Shown: positions 12,726 to 27,075 of the stretch, one piece after another
How positions within the stretch are numbered: position 1 is the first letter of the stretch
Layout: the number at the start of each line of letters is the position of its first letter
Source: Octopus sinensis
Lineage: Eukaryota
Length of the DNA: 64,000 bases
Assembly (NCBI RefSeq): GCF_006345805.1
Contig: NC_043003.1
Location: forward strand, 62,930,001 to 62,994,000
Reading direction: 5' to 3'
The notes under the pieces: model-generated
Databases searched by the model: none
Seen by the model: the letters and a program-made list of their open reading frames with translations, nothing else
What the model was told of the DNA's origin: nothing
Translations under genes and position numbers: made by a program

Positions 12726-14659
12726 GTTTCTTTTCCTTGCTTTCATGGGTTGGAAAGTTTGACAGGAGCTGGAAAGGTGGAGAGCTGCACCCGACTCCAA
12801 TTGAATTTTTTTGTATGATTTCTACAGCTGGATGCCCTCCCTAATGCCAACAGTTTTACTGAGCATACTGGGTGCTTTTTACATGGCACCAGCACAGGGG
12901 CCTTTTATGTGGCATCAGAACTGGTGATTTTCATGACAACAGCATGAGTGCTTTTTATAAGGCACCAGCACAGGTGTATTTTGCATGGCAATGACATGGA
13001 CATTAAATAATGACGATAATGATGATGATGATGATGATGATGATTAGTTTGTCTATATTAACAGAAAGTCTTACATGAAAATGAAATGAAACTCGACAGC
13101 CCCAACCAAGATGAAAACACTTTGCAGAAACAATATTTTTTAATATCGAAAATTATTTAACCTAGATAATATTGTCCAGGGTTTTTCATGTGAATTAAAG
13201 TTTGATGGAAAAGTTTGTAAAAGCTACAAGTTTCAATAGAAATGCTTTCAAATATATAATGAGAAAAATGAAAATAAAATTATGCAATTTTTTTTAGATG
13301 AACAACATTGGTGGTTTACTGAGTTTATTTTATTTGTGATGCACTTTGAAGTAAATAGAAGTATTTTGGTGCACTTTGTTCATGAAGTAAAAAAAAATGT
13401 ATGAAAAATGGTATTTATATATTTTAGTATATAAATGTAAATAATTTAAGCTACATTATTAAGTATTTACTTCTGTATTCAATAATGAAGCATAGTTCAC
13501 AAGATTTCATATTCATTATTTTGGTTTATATTGTTCACATTTTTAAACATGATTTTGGTTTGGCCTTAAGTTTGTATCCTTTCAGTTTCTCATAAATTTG
13601 TTCCAGCCTGGAACCAATGTTTGCTGTCAGTAAATAATATTGACTGGTTTCTGATAAAGGAAGCAAAACTTTCTAATCAACTCAGAGTTACCTCTCTTGG
13701 TATCTAGTGCTGAAGAGAACTAATGAATTTGAAATGCATCCATCAGTCCAAAAGAAGGTGTGTTAACTGACTTTGGTGCTGTAATACCTTTTGATCTTAA
13801 CCAAAAGGTATTTCTACATGACAAACTGCAGTGAAATATTTCCCAAGCATATTTGAACAAGCCTTAAGTTTATATTCTATCTTTTTCACTATTTCATGCA
13901 TCTACTCACAAATAATTTTATTATACATGTGGCAGTCATCCAACTGTTGATTTAATCAACTAAACTCCTTCTGCCAAATTTGTGGTCTTATGTCTCTAAC
14001 AAAAATTTCAACATATATTTTCTTGACACACCTAGATATAACTTGTAGCACACAAGTGTGCCTTTTACTCCATTTGGGGAGCACTGTACCAGAAATACAG
14101 AAAGGAATTCTTCATGAAAGGTAGAGAAAATTCTAAAATTAATAAAACTAAGAACAGAAGCTTTTAGTTCTGAGAGATGTCATGAGTGTGCTATCACAAT
14201 ATAAAATTTCTTGAAAGCTTATAACAAAATGGCTATAAAAAGAATGCTATTAAAAATTCATATAGTGCATTCCCATCTTGACACATCCCCACCGCCAATA
14301 TGGAAATGCTAGTGATAAGCTTGAACAAAGATTATATCATAATATTATTTTGATGCAATGCCAATGTGAAGGAGGATATAATCCAAATATGATGGGTAAT
14401 TCTTGTTAGTGAAACAATAAACTAATGCACAAAAGCAAAGTGAACATTCAGTTAAATTGTTTCAATGTTTTACCAGGGATTTTTATTTCACCTGTCTCCA
14501 TGTTCTGAGTTCAAATTCCACCAAGAATGACTTTGCCTTTCATCCTTTTGGGGTTGATAAATAAGCACCAGTTGAATATTGAGATCGATGGCATCAACAA
14601 GCCTCTTTTCACCCAAATTTCGAGCCTTAAGCCTATAGTAGAAATGATTATTATCATTA

Positions 14660-15200
14660 TTAAGAGCAACACATGCCAGAAAAGTGACACTGTGGTACAA
14701 ATATACGAAGTCCAGTATACCCATCATGACTAACTGCCTGATAAGGGTACACCAAGCACATGCATCACAACCATATGTTCAGGACATGATGATCTCATAT
14801 CAAAATAAACAGTGCATGACTTTACAGATGGGGCCCAGTTAAAATTTTTCTCGGGTTGAGTAACCCATCCTGCTCAAAAGGACCCTGAATAAGACTTGCT
14901 TAAGGATGACAAATGAAACACCTGTGTTTCCAGAGGTGAATTATCCAAACCCCAAAGAATTCCTCTCAACATATGGCTATCATGCTCCCCACCTACTTCT
15001 GCTCATGATCAGGAATGCATATATCATAAGCCACAAAGGGACATGCTCAGCTGCTTAAGGTCAAGCAATAAACAAGCAAATCTGTGGTGATATTGAGCAG
15101 AATATTTGCTGCAGTCCATCTTTTATACCAAGACAAAACAATGTACATGATGACACTTCCAATCAGTTAAGATCGAGAGCATGACAGCCACTGCCTGCTT
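14660..15200. mobile_element. Second copy of the 10860-11385 repeat
   Basis: Colinear similarity, roughly 80-85% by eye. Confidence 0.75.
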
Positions 15201-15618
15201 ATTACTATTATCATTATTATCATTATTATTAAGGCCTTGAGCTAGCAGAATAGCTAGCATGCCGGGAAAAAATGCTTATCAGCATTTCATCCATTTTCAT
15301 GTTCTGAGTTCAAATCCCGCTGAAGTCGACAGGGGGCTTATGTAATCAACCAGTCCCCTCCCACCAAATTTCGGGCCTTCTGCCTTTAGTAGAAAGGGTT
15401 ATTATTATTGTTCTTATTATTTTATTAGTCTCTTTTGCCAAACCACCATGTTACAAGGACATAAGCAAACTATCACCCGTTGTCAAGTGAGGGGACAAAC
15501 ATGGAGACATACACACACACACATGCATACATCAAAACGTACATATATATATATATATATATATATACATACATACATACATACATACATACATACATAC
15601 ATACACACATATATATAT

Positions 15619-15663
<45 letters not shown>

Positions 15664-16009
15664 CACACAAAATGGGACAACAAAACATCCAGATAGACGA
15701 TAAAAAGAAAACAAGGATGGGTCATTTAAAGTTTTCTTTCCTCAGTCAAGTACCAGATTATCTTTGCAATTTCGGCTGATTATATTTGAGATTGCTCCAA
15801 TCTGGCCAGCCCCAAGGAAAAACTAAGCTAAGAGCCTTAGATTCCTTCTATACAAAAACGAATGTATACAAAAACAAGGACGGAAGAAAACGGACACTGT
15901 TACTTAATTACAATAAAAATAATAACAAGACATAACAACAGGTGTCTTTTGACTAAGGACACATTAAATTAAGCTGGCGTATCCGGCAGGGATACAAGAT
16001 TTCACTTCA

Positions 16010-16055
16010 CTGTGTCCCTAACCCCAAGATTCCAAGTTCGATTCCAGGCAGTGAT

Positions 16056-16134
<79 letters not shown>

Positions 16135-16290
16135 CAACAACAACAACAATTACATTGAAAAATACCTTAGGAATGAGAACCCAGGTTTGAAATTTTGTCC
16201 AAGACACCTGATGAAAGCTGGAAATGTATTAACAACAAACAAGATGAAGACAAATATGCATCAAATGTAAATAATGTAAATAATGTTTAT
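16010..16290 (+). mobile_element. tRNA-head fragment + (AAT)n/(AAC)n + Penelope-like tail with eroded hammerhead core
   Basis: B box gttcgattcc at 16036-16045; CTGATGA at 16208-16214 followed shortly by GAAA; tail sequence also present inverted at 11.5 kb. Confidence 0.5.
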
Positions 16291-16708
16291 TTGTATATCC
16301 AGCAATTCCAGTTGCTACCTGTGAACTATAAAATAACTTTTTTCACCTCATCGTACTTTGATATGGGAAAAATTCACAATCTTTTGTGCCACACAAATAA
16401 ACCACAATTGTTCCTGAAAGTTGTCTTTATATTTTCTATGGCTTGTTTGAAGCTCACTAACTCCCTATACTTTGATCCTTGGATCCTAACTTTGCATATA
16501 TGCATAATATATAAATACATATATATAGGGAATTTAATTATAATTACTATGATTATAATTTTTTCTAACATATTTGTATTGTCTTTCAAAACATGCGTAT
16601 GTATTGAATCCAATTTTGTATTAAATCTAATTTTGATTCAACATCTTTTTCCTCCATTTTTTAATACTTGTTTATGATATATTTATACCTATAACAAAAT
16701 GCTTCAAC

Positions 16709-16791
<83 letters not shown>

Positions 16792-16814
16792 TGTATGTAT
16801 ATGTATATATATGT

Positions 16815-18378
16815 ATCATCATCATCATCATTGTTTAATGTAGATCTTCCATGCATCATGGGTAGGATGGTTGACAGAAGCTGGCCAAGTAGAAAAACTA
16901 CCTGAGGCTACTGTGTCTGATTTGGTAGGGATTTTACGACTGGATGCCTTTCCTAACACCAACCACTCCGTAAAGTGGACTCAGTGCTTTTTATGTGGCA
17001 CTAACACAGGCGAGGTTAGTTTTGGCATGATTTTTTCAGCTGGATGCCCTTCCAGATGCCAACCATGTTACAGTGTGGACTGGATGCTTTTAAGATGGCA
17101 CCAGCACTGGCAGGGTAACCAAGTAACTCACAAGACAAAAGGAATTATGAGACAGGCAGGGCATTTGAGGAGGGGAACTTGTGTCAGAAGATGGAAGGTT
17201 AGAGTGTGATAGAGAGACAGAATCAGAAACAAGTGTCTTGCTACAAAAGAGGGGGCATTAGAGGTGATTCACTATCAAATGATGAAAGGTTAGAGTGTAA
17301 CAGAGAAATAGAGAGGCAGAAATAGGTGTCTTGCTATAGAGGAGGTACATAGTTACCCAGGGAGAGAGAGGGGAAAAAAGAAAGAGAGAAGATAGAGAAT
17401 GAGAGAGAGAGGTACAAGAAAGAGGCCAGAAACAAGAGTGCTCATGTGAAGGTGATACTTAATTACCTAGTCAGAGGAAAAACAAGAAAAGGGAGATAGT
17501 GACCAAAGGGAAATGAGAGAAAGAGAGAGAGAGAGTAGGAAGAGCAGGAAACAGCAAAAGTGTAAGAGAGAGCAGAAGAGAGATGGATTAGTGCTAGGGT
17601 ATACTCACAAGTAAGAAGGATCTGAGCACAGAACCTGGGTAGAAAAATAGGGTGTGGGTGTTGGAGGTCTGGAGAGCAGCAATTCAGTGAGCGTGACAGT
17701 GAGGGCAAGAAAGGGGATTGGGAAACAATCATAATTTATGAAGAGGAATGTGAGGAAGAGAAAGATGCAGTTAGAAGAGGAGTTATGAGTTCAGTTTTTT
17801 AGGGTAGAGTGGGTGAAAAGTTTGTTACATGTGGGTTGGACACAACTCAGTTTTGTGGACAGGTCTTCTCTAGAACCTCATATCACCAAACATCTCAGTC
17901 CCCTGTCATTTCCTCCATGAACCCTAACATCCTAAGATCAGTCCTCACCACTTCATCTCATGTCTTCCTGGGTCTCCTTTTTCCACTTTCAATGACAGGC
18001 ACTTCTGTATACAGCTGTCTTTCTTCATATGCATCACATGTCCAAACCAACACATTTTCCTCTCCAGCACATCACATTTAATCCCTCTCATATCTAACAT
18101 TTCTCTCAACACAGTTGTGCTTTGTCTCTCATGCACACTGATGTTGCAAACCCAATGGAGCATACTACCTTCATTCCCCTCCAGCTTACGCATGTTCTCC
18201 ACAGTTAGAGCCCATGTCTCACTACCATGTAACACAGCCATTCTCACACAAGCATCATACAATCTACCTTTCACTCTGCGAGAGAGTCCTTTTGCTGCCA
18301 ACAGAGGTAGTAGTTCTCTGGACTACCTCCATCCTATTATTATTCTAGAAACAATACTTTCAGAGCATCCACCACCAA
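16815..18378 (-). mobile_element. 5'-truncated RTE LINE (RT C-terminus, long pyrimidine-rich 3'UTR, tail)
   Basis: ORF 17945-18301 has LYDACVRMAVLHGSETW...WFGHVMHM...KGDPGR; terminal 3'UTR and (ATG)n tail at 16815-16860. Confidence 0.85.
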
Positions 18379-18504
18379 GGCTTAAAATATACTCATGACA
18401 TGGAATTTTAATGGGAAATTAAATATTGGGAATATGGTGTGGAACCAATAAGGACTTAAATATATATTATTTTTTCCAATGTCATTAAAAGAGAAATTTA
18501 AAAT

Positions 18505-19560
18505 TCAAAATCTTTTCTACTCTAGGCACAAGGCCTGAAAGTTTTTGGGAGAGGGGCTAGTTGATTAGATTGACCACAGTATGCAACTGGTACTTAATTT
18601 ATTGACTCTGAAAGGGTAAAAGGCAAAGTCGACCTCAGAGGAATTTGAACTCAAGAACATAAAGACAAACGAAATACCTATTTCTTTACTACCCACAAGG
18701 GACTAAACACAGAGAGGACAAACAAGGACAGACAAATGGATTAAGTCGATTACATCGACCCCAGTGCATAACTGGTACTTAATTTATCGACTCTGAAAGG
18801 GTGAAAGGCAAAGTCGAACTCAGAGGAATTTGAACTTAGAACATAATGACAAATGAAATTCCTATCGCTAAGCATCTCGCCTGGTGTGTTAACGATTCTG
18901 TCAGGTCGCTTCCGTATCTTCATGAAGATATTCTTTTCTACTCTAGGTACAAGGCCTGAAATTTTGGGGGAGGGGGCTAGTCAATTAGATCGACCCCAAT
19001 ATGTAACTGGTACTTAATTTATCGACCCCACCCCCGAAAAAATGAAAGGCAAAGTCAATCATCATCATCATCATCATCTTCGTTTAGCGTCCACTTTCCA
19101 TGCTAGCATGGGTTGGACGGTTCAACTGGGGTCTGGGAAGCCAGAAGGCTGCACCAGGCCCAGTCTGATCTGGCAATGTTTCTACGGCTGGATGCCCTTC
19201 CTAATGCCAACCACTTCGTGAGTGTAGTGGGTGCTTTTTACGTGCCACCAGCACAGGTGCCAGATGAGGCTGGCAAACGGCCACAATCGGATGGTGCATT
19301 TTACATGCCACCGGCACGGGGGCCAGGCAAGGCTGGCAATGGCCACAATCGGATGGTGCTTTTTACGTGCCACCGGCACGAGGCCAGTCGGGTTGGCGCT
19401 GGCAACAGCCACGTTCAGATGGTTCTCTTACGTACCACCGGCACTGGTATCACAGCTGCAATTTCCATTGATGTTGATCGATTGAACGATATCGAATCTC
19501 AGCGGAATTTGAACTCAGACTGTAAAGACAAAACGAAATACTGCTAAGCATTTTGCACAG
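18505..19560 (+). mobile_element. Tandem SINE-core copies; the last is split by an antisense RTE 3'UTR (19060-19495)
   Basis: Three actggtacttaattta...ggcaaagtc units; ggcaaagtc and ctcagcggaatttg are separated by a (CAT)n-led RTE 3'UTR. Confidence 0.8.
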
Positions 19561-21298
19561 CATGCTAACATTTCTGCCAGCTCACCACCTTTGATGACCA
19601 CTATAATAAATACATTTGGAATGATTGTTATTGCATTTAAAAGAAGCACCGTTTGTGTGTGAGTATAAGTATGTGTGTGTGTGTGTATATATGATTTAAA
19701 CTACAGTGTCTAAGAGGTTAAGGCAATGGTCCTGAGTTCAATCAAGGACTGGTAATATTGATTTAATTTTTGTCTTTTTAATTTCATATTGTTGAAATGG
19801 AGTTCATATTTGGTTGTTTTTCTCTCTCCATTTTTTTCTTTTTTGGTACTTTACTAATCAGTGGAAGAGTGGCAGTAACTCTAACTTATAAAAGTCCTGC
19901 AGAATGAAATTATTGGGAAGAAAAATCTTAAATTGAAATATGAATTCAAATCAGCAGTTTATTATTTGTTTTTAAGTGAAAAAATTTTATTTTCACTTCT
20001 TTTTTTTTCTTATTGGATTTTGGTTTGAGTTGAATTTCAATTTCCTTTTTTGAAAAATTCTTGATTCACTGTCACCATCTCACTAATTTTGGTTTCAGGC
20101 GATACTTTGGTATTCATCAAATTGAAATTTCAAACTGAGAGAGAGAGAGGGAAGGAGAGAGAGGGAGAGAGGGGGAGGGAGAGAGGGAGAGAGGGAAAGA
20201 TATCAAGCCCAAATTCTTATCTCTGGTTCAAATTTCACTAATTTCAAAATATTTTCTCTTAAAGTATGTAACTTTACAGGCTTCAATTTATTTGATTGCA
20301 AACAAGCTTCACTATTCTTCATTCTTGTTTTGTGATAGGAATGAAATCCATCTCTTAATATTCCATCAATATTTAAAGATTTGCAAAGGATATCAAATCT
20401 ATGCCAGCATGATACAATTGATATGAAACAATAGAAAATAATCTATTGTACTATATCAATATCTACTGTATTATCTTCTGTACTGTGGAATCGATTGCAT
20501 ATCCTTCTCACTCCAAAATATTTGCTATCTCTCAGTTTTCTATGCTCTATCAAAAGACTTACCAAACAATGGCAGTAAAATATACATGGAGTGGCTGTAC
20601 CAAAATGTTGACTATGGCAAATATTAACTTTATAGTTTATCCTTAAACACCTTTTGTATATAATTGACAAAAGTACATGTGAGGGTCATGCATGATACTG
20701 TAATTAAAATAATACAAGGTTAATAACATTGGTATCAAAGTTCCATCTCTTTTTTTTGTGTGTGTGTTTTGGTACATTATTTTGTCATTTTGTTATTTTG
20801 TATCCTGCTTCCTACTCAATTCTTCAGGTTTTCCTACAATGAAAAATCTTCAATTATCTATTTTCATTGGTGCAGATCATTTATTTATTTAAAAAAGAAT
20901 ACATTGCAATGGTTAAATGCTTCTGTTATATTGGAAATGGTAGCTCTGGTTCCAGATACCATTGTGGGTTTCAGGTATTATTTTCCAATTTCACACACAT
21001 ATCTGTGTGGGAAATTGGTAGATGGAAACAATAGTTGTGTAACGATATATTGTGTGTATCTTAGTTCAAATTGCACCGAGGTTGACTTTGCCTTTCATCC
21101 GTTTGGGGTGGATAAATTAAGAACCAGTTGTGTACTGGAATCAATCTAATAGACTGCCTCCCACCCCCGCCAAATTACGGGCTTTGTGCCTAGAGTGGAA
21201 AAAGATATATTGTGTGTATGTATGTATATGTATATATGTGTGTGTATATATATGTGTGTGTATATATATATATGTGTGTATGTATATATATGTATGTA

Positions 21299-21331
<33 letters not shown>

Positions 21332-21336
21332 ATGTA

Positions 21337-21369
<33 letters not shown>

Positions 21370-22040
21370 CTTTTCTTTTTCTACTTGTGTTATTCATTAG
21401 CCTGTGGCCATGCTGGGGCACCATCTTGAGGGACATTTTAGTTGATTAAATTGACCCCAGTACTTATTATTATTATTAATAATAGTAGTAGTATTATTAT
21501 TTGCCTGGTACTTATTCTATCAGACTTTTTTGCAGAACTGTTAAGTGATAGGGATATAAACACGAGTACCAGTTGTCAAATGGTTGGGGGTGGGACAAAC
21601 ACACATAAACACACACACACACGCATGCACACGCACACATTTATATATATGATGGGCTTCTTTCAGTTTCCGTCTGCTAAATCCAGTTGTCAAATGGTTG
21701 AGGATGAAACACACACACACATCTATATCTAAGATGAGCTTCTTTCAGTTTCCGTCTGCCAAATCCATTCACAAGGCTTTGGCAGGCCTAAGGTTATAGT
21801 AGATGACATTTGTCCAAGGTGTTTGTGTTTGTCCCTCATCACCACTTGACACCAATGTTGGTTTGTTTACATCATAGATTCTCAAAGTGGGCGCTACTGC
21901 CCCCTGGTGAGTGCTGGGAGGGTCCAGGTGAACACTGGTGTCAATGGGGGCTGTAGAAAAACAGGAGGCATTGGGAGATAGGAAGTGGATTGGGGGACGC
22001 TATGAATTTATAATATCATCATAGTATTGTATATAAATTA

Positions 22041-22466
22041 TAGGACTGGCTGTGTGGTAAGTAACTTGCTTACCAGCCACATGGTTCCGGGTTCAGTCCC
22101 ACTGCGTGGTGCCTTGGGCAAGTGTCTTCTACTATAGCCTTGGGCCGACCAAAGCCTTGTGAGTGGATTTGGTAGACGGAAACTGAAAGAATCCCGTATA
22201 TATGTATATGTGTGTGTGTGTGTGTGCGTGTGTGTGTGTGTGTGTATGTGTGTGTGTATATGATTGTGTGTCTGTGTTTTTCCCTCCAACATCACTTGAC
22301 AACCTATGCTGGTGCGTTTACATATCCGTAACTTAGCAGTTCAGCAAAAGAGACCGATAGAATAAGTAGTAGGCTTACAAAGAATAAGTCCTGGGGTCGA
22401 TTTGCTCGACTAAAGGCGGTGCTCCAGTATGGCCACAGTCAAATGACAGAAATAAGTAAAAGAGTT
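22041..22466 (+). mobile_element. tRNA-headed SINE
   Basis: Close to the 12263 copy; ggttccgggttcagtccc head. Confidence 0.88.
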
Positions 22467-23886
22467 AAAAAAAAAAAAAAAGAAAGGTAGTGCTCCAGCA
22501 TTGCCACAAGTAATGGCTGAAACAAGCAAGAGATAAAATGACTCTGCTGCAATGGAAAACTTCAATTATCTGTTTCCATTGACGCAGATCATTTATTTAT
22601 TTTAAAAAATAATACACTGCATAGTTAGATACTTCTGTTATATTGGAAATGGCAGTTCTGGTGCCAGATATCATAATCGGTAAAGTATTATTATAAAACA
22701 TGCTCAAAATAATTGAAACAAACTTATAAAGTTCCACCTAAAGAGTAATCCAATGAAACAGAAAAGTACACAAGTTCTGTACTCTAATTCACAGATTCAG
22801 ATTCAACTAAAGGAATCATAGTATGGCATTAAATAAGCGAACCCCTATGTGGTTGCTTGATATACTAGTAGTAGCAGCTAAATCTTCCTCAAATTACAGC
22901 TTGCGATGGCTGATAGAATCAGTACCAGATTTATAAAAAGTAAAAACTGGGGTTGATTTCTTAAATGAAGCTCAAGACAGTGCCCCAGCAAGGCCACAGT
23001 GCAATGACTGAAATGATTGAAATGTGTAAAGATAAAAGATTAATAAAAACACAACCTTAAAAAAAATGGAAAGATAATAAAGCCTATGATGTACAAAAGA
23101 TGTGATGATCAAGGCTGGAATGGCTTTGATTACAGCTCTACTGGCCCTGGGTTATACATTGCTTTGAGTAATGATCATAATTTTTTTATAGATTTGAGGC
23201 TTTTAAGAAATAAGAAAAAAAGGGACCAAATATCAATTTAAAATGAAGTGGCTGGTATTATAAAAAAGATTTGAAGCCACAAAAATCTACTCTAAGATAA
23301 AATTTGATTTTCAAAGAGAGAAGTGGAGTGAGGAGAAGAGAGACAAAGAGAGAGAAAGAGGGTGTGTGTGTGTATATTTCATGCTTCTGTGTGAGTGTGT
23401 GTATTTGTTTACTCAACAATTACTGTGATTTGTTTAAATCATCCCAAAACTTAGTGGTTCAACAAATAGTGTTGAGAAAATTAAGTACCTGACTTAAAGT
23501 CCAGACCCAAATATATTTACTAAAAGCAAAGGTGATTAGTTGGGATTTTTGTTAGGAAAAACTGAAAAAATATGGAATAATTTACTCTGAAAACCTTCAT
23601 TGCTTTTCACTAAAAGTTAGCTGAATGTCATAGTTCAGTTTGGTAAAAGATTGTACTGCACTCTTCTAATGTAGTTGGCTGAGGAGGTCTAATAAGACTG
23701 AAACATATCTAGAGTTGTCCTTGATATTACCAAAGATCATAACCACTCCTCCACTGCATGCTCCTTTTCCATACATTTAAAAATAAATTTGGGTTTCAGA
23801 GTTTGTCTCTTTTGTCTATTTTTTGTCTTTAGGTGAGAATTAGCATTAATGCTAGTCATTTCCTTTTTATCTTTTCATTATGGGTA

Positions 23887-24295
23887 TACTCTCTTTACTC
23901 TTTTACTTGTTTCAGTCATTTGACTATGGCCATGCTGGAGCACCACCTTTAGTCAAGCAAATCGACCCCAGGACTTATTCTTTGTAAGCCTAGTACTTAT
24001 TTTATCGGTCTCTTTTGCCGAACTGCTAAGTTACGGGGATGTAAACACACCAGCATCGGTTGTCAAGTGATGTTGGGGGGACAAACACAGACACACAAAC
24101 ATATGCACACACACATACATATATACATACATACAATGGAATTCTTTCAGTTTCTGTCTACCAAATCCACTCACAAGGCTTTGGTCGGCCCGAGGCTATA
24201 GTAGAAGACACTAGCCCAAGGTGCCACACAGTGGGACTGAACCCAGAACCATGTGGTTCGTAAGCAAGCTACTTACCACACAGCCACTGCTACAC
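23887..24295 (-). mobile_element. tRNA-headed SINE, antisense
   Basis: Reverse complement of the 22041 family. Confidence 0.88.
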
Positions 24296-24614
24296 CTTTG
24301 ATTGATTAAAAAGTTATTTTTGGGTCACTCCATTAAGCAGGAAACCTAAGGGAAGACCATTAGCAAAATGGTTGGTTAAAATCTCAAATCTCAGTTAGTC
24401 ATGCTTGAGAGAATCTAGCTGGAAAGTGTATCGATGGTTGCTTCTTGATGGTTGTATAGGACCCTATTGAGGAGGTACTTGAAGACTCTACCTTCACAAC
24501 TATCCCAGGAATAGTTAGCCAGCAAAAGAAGGTGGATAGATGGATAAATGGTTACATTAACTGTGTCAACCCCCACCCAACTACATATTTATAGCAGCAT
24601 AATGATCATCAGAT

Positions 24615-24965
24615 GTGAAGGTGCATGGCTCAGTGGTTAGAGTATAAGACTCACAATCATAAGGTAGTGAGTTTGATTTCTGGTCTGTGATATGTGTTGT
24701 GTTCTTGAGCAAAACACTTTATTTCTTGTTGCTCCAGTTCACTCATCTGTAGAAATGAGCCACGATGTCACTGGTGCCAAGCTGTATCAGCCCCTTCACT
24801 TTTCCCTTGAATAACATCGATGGTTTGGAGAGGGGGAGGCTGGTATGCATGGACGACTTCTGGCCTTCCATAAACAACCTTGCCCGGACTTGTGTCTCAG
24901 AGGGTAACTTTAGATGCAATCCCACAGTCATTCATGACCAAAAGGGGGTCTTTAACCTTTACCCT
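24615..24965 (+). mobile_element. tRNA-headed SINE (family of 5200-5557)
   Basis: Colinear with 5200-5557. Confidence 0.8.
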
Positions 24966-26471
24966 AACCATGATATATTTTTATCCAGTATGATAGTAAT
25001 CCTACTTTGCCGTAATGCTCCATTTGTATCTGTTTTTTACAAGAAAATAATTATATTTATCAAACAAATGAAATTCTTTGGTGCTAGTTTACTTGATTTC
25101 CACAGTAAGCTCCCTACCTCCACTTGTCCAAGCCATTCATTTCTGTTTCTGTTCTATCCAAGCAGTTCATTTATATATCAAATAAAATGACCTCAAGAAT
25201 TACATTAGCTGTTCAGTAATTCAATATAGCTCTGTATATATTTCTATCAATATTTGATTCTGTTTGGAAACAATCTTTTATGGATGCAGCTGTATTCTGA
25301 TTGGAAAAATATTGAAATAAATTTCAGCATAATTATACAGTCTTCAACTTCTTGAAAGCATTTATCTGCAGAATAGTTGGTGCAATAAATCTGCAGCATG
25401 TTAGCAGGAATATTTTAAATATTAATACATATTTATCATCATTTTAAAGTCATATTTCTATTGCTACTACTTGTATTCATAACTGAGAATCACTCTTACC
25501 GAATTAAACTATATATATTTAAATCACATTTTAGGCTGCAACCACCACCATCGCCTCAACATAAATAAATGTCAAGTGAAATTAATGTTGGTATTCTAGT
25601 AGAAAAGATGACAAACTCAGAAATGCAGACTATGAGAAGTTTTTATTATGATCCAAGCAGAAGGTATATTTATAAGTAGATAATATCTGCTTGAAATCCA
25701 AATAATGACTTTTCACATTGGAACTCTACCACCATTAGAATCATAGTGAAAGCATTCTTATCCTGCATCTCAGTGCTAAAGCTTAGAGCAAGATCTTATC
25801 ACATTGAGTGCATATCTGGGAATGGAAGTTCTTAAATTTGTTTGAGATAAATACTTACTTTAAATCACTTATTTAGCAATATTTCAACTTGGAGAATTTC
25901 AGTGTCTTTTATTCTTTATTCTTGTACTAGTTTCACTTTGCTAGACTGTGGCCATGCTGGAGCTCTGATTCCAAGAATTTAGTCAATCACATTGACCTCG
26001 GTACCTATTTTTTAAGTCAGTGTAGTACTTAATTTATTGAATTATATTTGTTGAACTGCTAAGTTATAGAACACAGACAAATTGCACCCCTTGTTAAGCA
26101 CAGTAAACCTAAACATACATACATACACATGTATATTCATACACAGACACACAGACACACACACACACACATACACACACACATACACACACACACACAC
26201 ACACACTATTGCTTTAACATTCACTTTTCCATGCTCGCATTAGTTAGTGAGTTAGAAGGAGTTTATTCAGGCAGATTTTCTATGCTGGGTGCCTCTCCTA
26301 TCACCGACACCCACCCCTGTTTCTAAACAAGGTAATACTTCTTCATGATTAAACACATTGTCAAAGAACATTGCAAATTAATGACACTGCCTGCATGACA
26401 GTGATACTTGTTTACAGCTGTTATGTAATGTTAAAACAAAGAGAAACAAACTTACACACACACATATACAT

Positions 26472-26542
<71 letters not shown>

Positions 26543-26543
<1 letters not shown>

Positions 26544-27075
26544 GAAACACTGCCAAATCTGACTGGGCCTGATGAAGCCTTCCGGCTTCACAGACCCCAG
26601 TTAAACCGTCCAACCCATGCTAGCATGGAAAACGGACGCTAAATGATGATGATGATGATGATGATGATATATATATATATATATCATCATTATCATTTAA
26701 CATCCACTTTCCATGCTACCATGGGCTGGATGATTTGACTGAGGTCTGGTGAACCAGATGGCTGCACCAATCTGATCTGGCAGAGTTTCTACAGCTGGAT
26801 GCCCTTCCTAATGCCAACCACTCCGAGAGTGTAGTGGGTGCTTTTTACGTGCCACTGGCACAGGAGCCAGAGGAGGCTGGCAACATCCACGATCAGTTGG
26901 TGCTTTTTATGTGCCATTGGCACAGACACCAGTCAAGGCAGCACTGGCATAGGCCACGTTCAGATGGTATTTTTTTACGTGCCACCGGCACAGGTATCAC
27001 ATCTACGATTTCCATTTGATTTTTATTTTGATGTTGATGTACTTCACTCTATAGGTTTCCTCAAGCACAGCAGGT
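26543..27075. mobile_element. Two RTE 3'UTR stubs, tail-to-tail
   Basis: Plus-strand stub 26543-26668 and minus-strand stub 26684-27075, separated by (AT)n. Confidence 0.8.

Noticed and set aside
16195-16677. 160-aa plus-strand ORF
   Set aside because: AT-rich F/I/L/N-biased frame starting inside a repeat tail; no recognisable domain.
25569-25663. Plus-strand MSSEINVGILVEKMTNSEMQTMRSFYYDPSR ending at a GT, with similar short open segments at 14.05, 45.6 and 51.4 kb
   Set aside because: Peptides not recognised and phases do not join into a consistent gene model; cannot be supported without transcript data.
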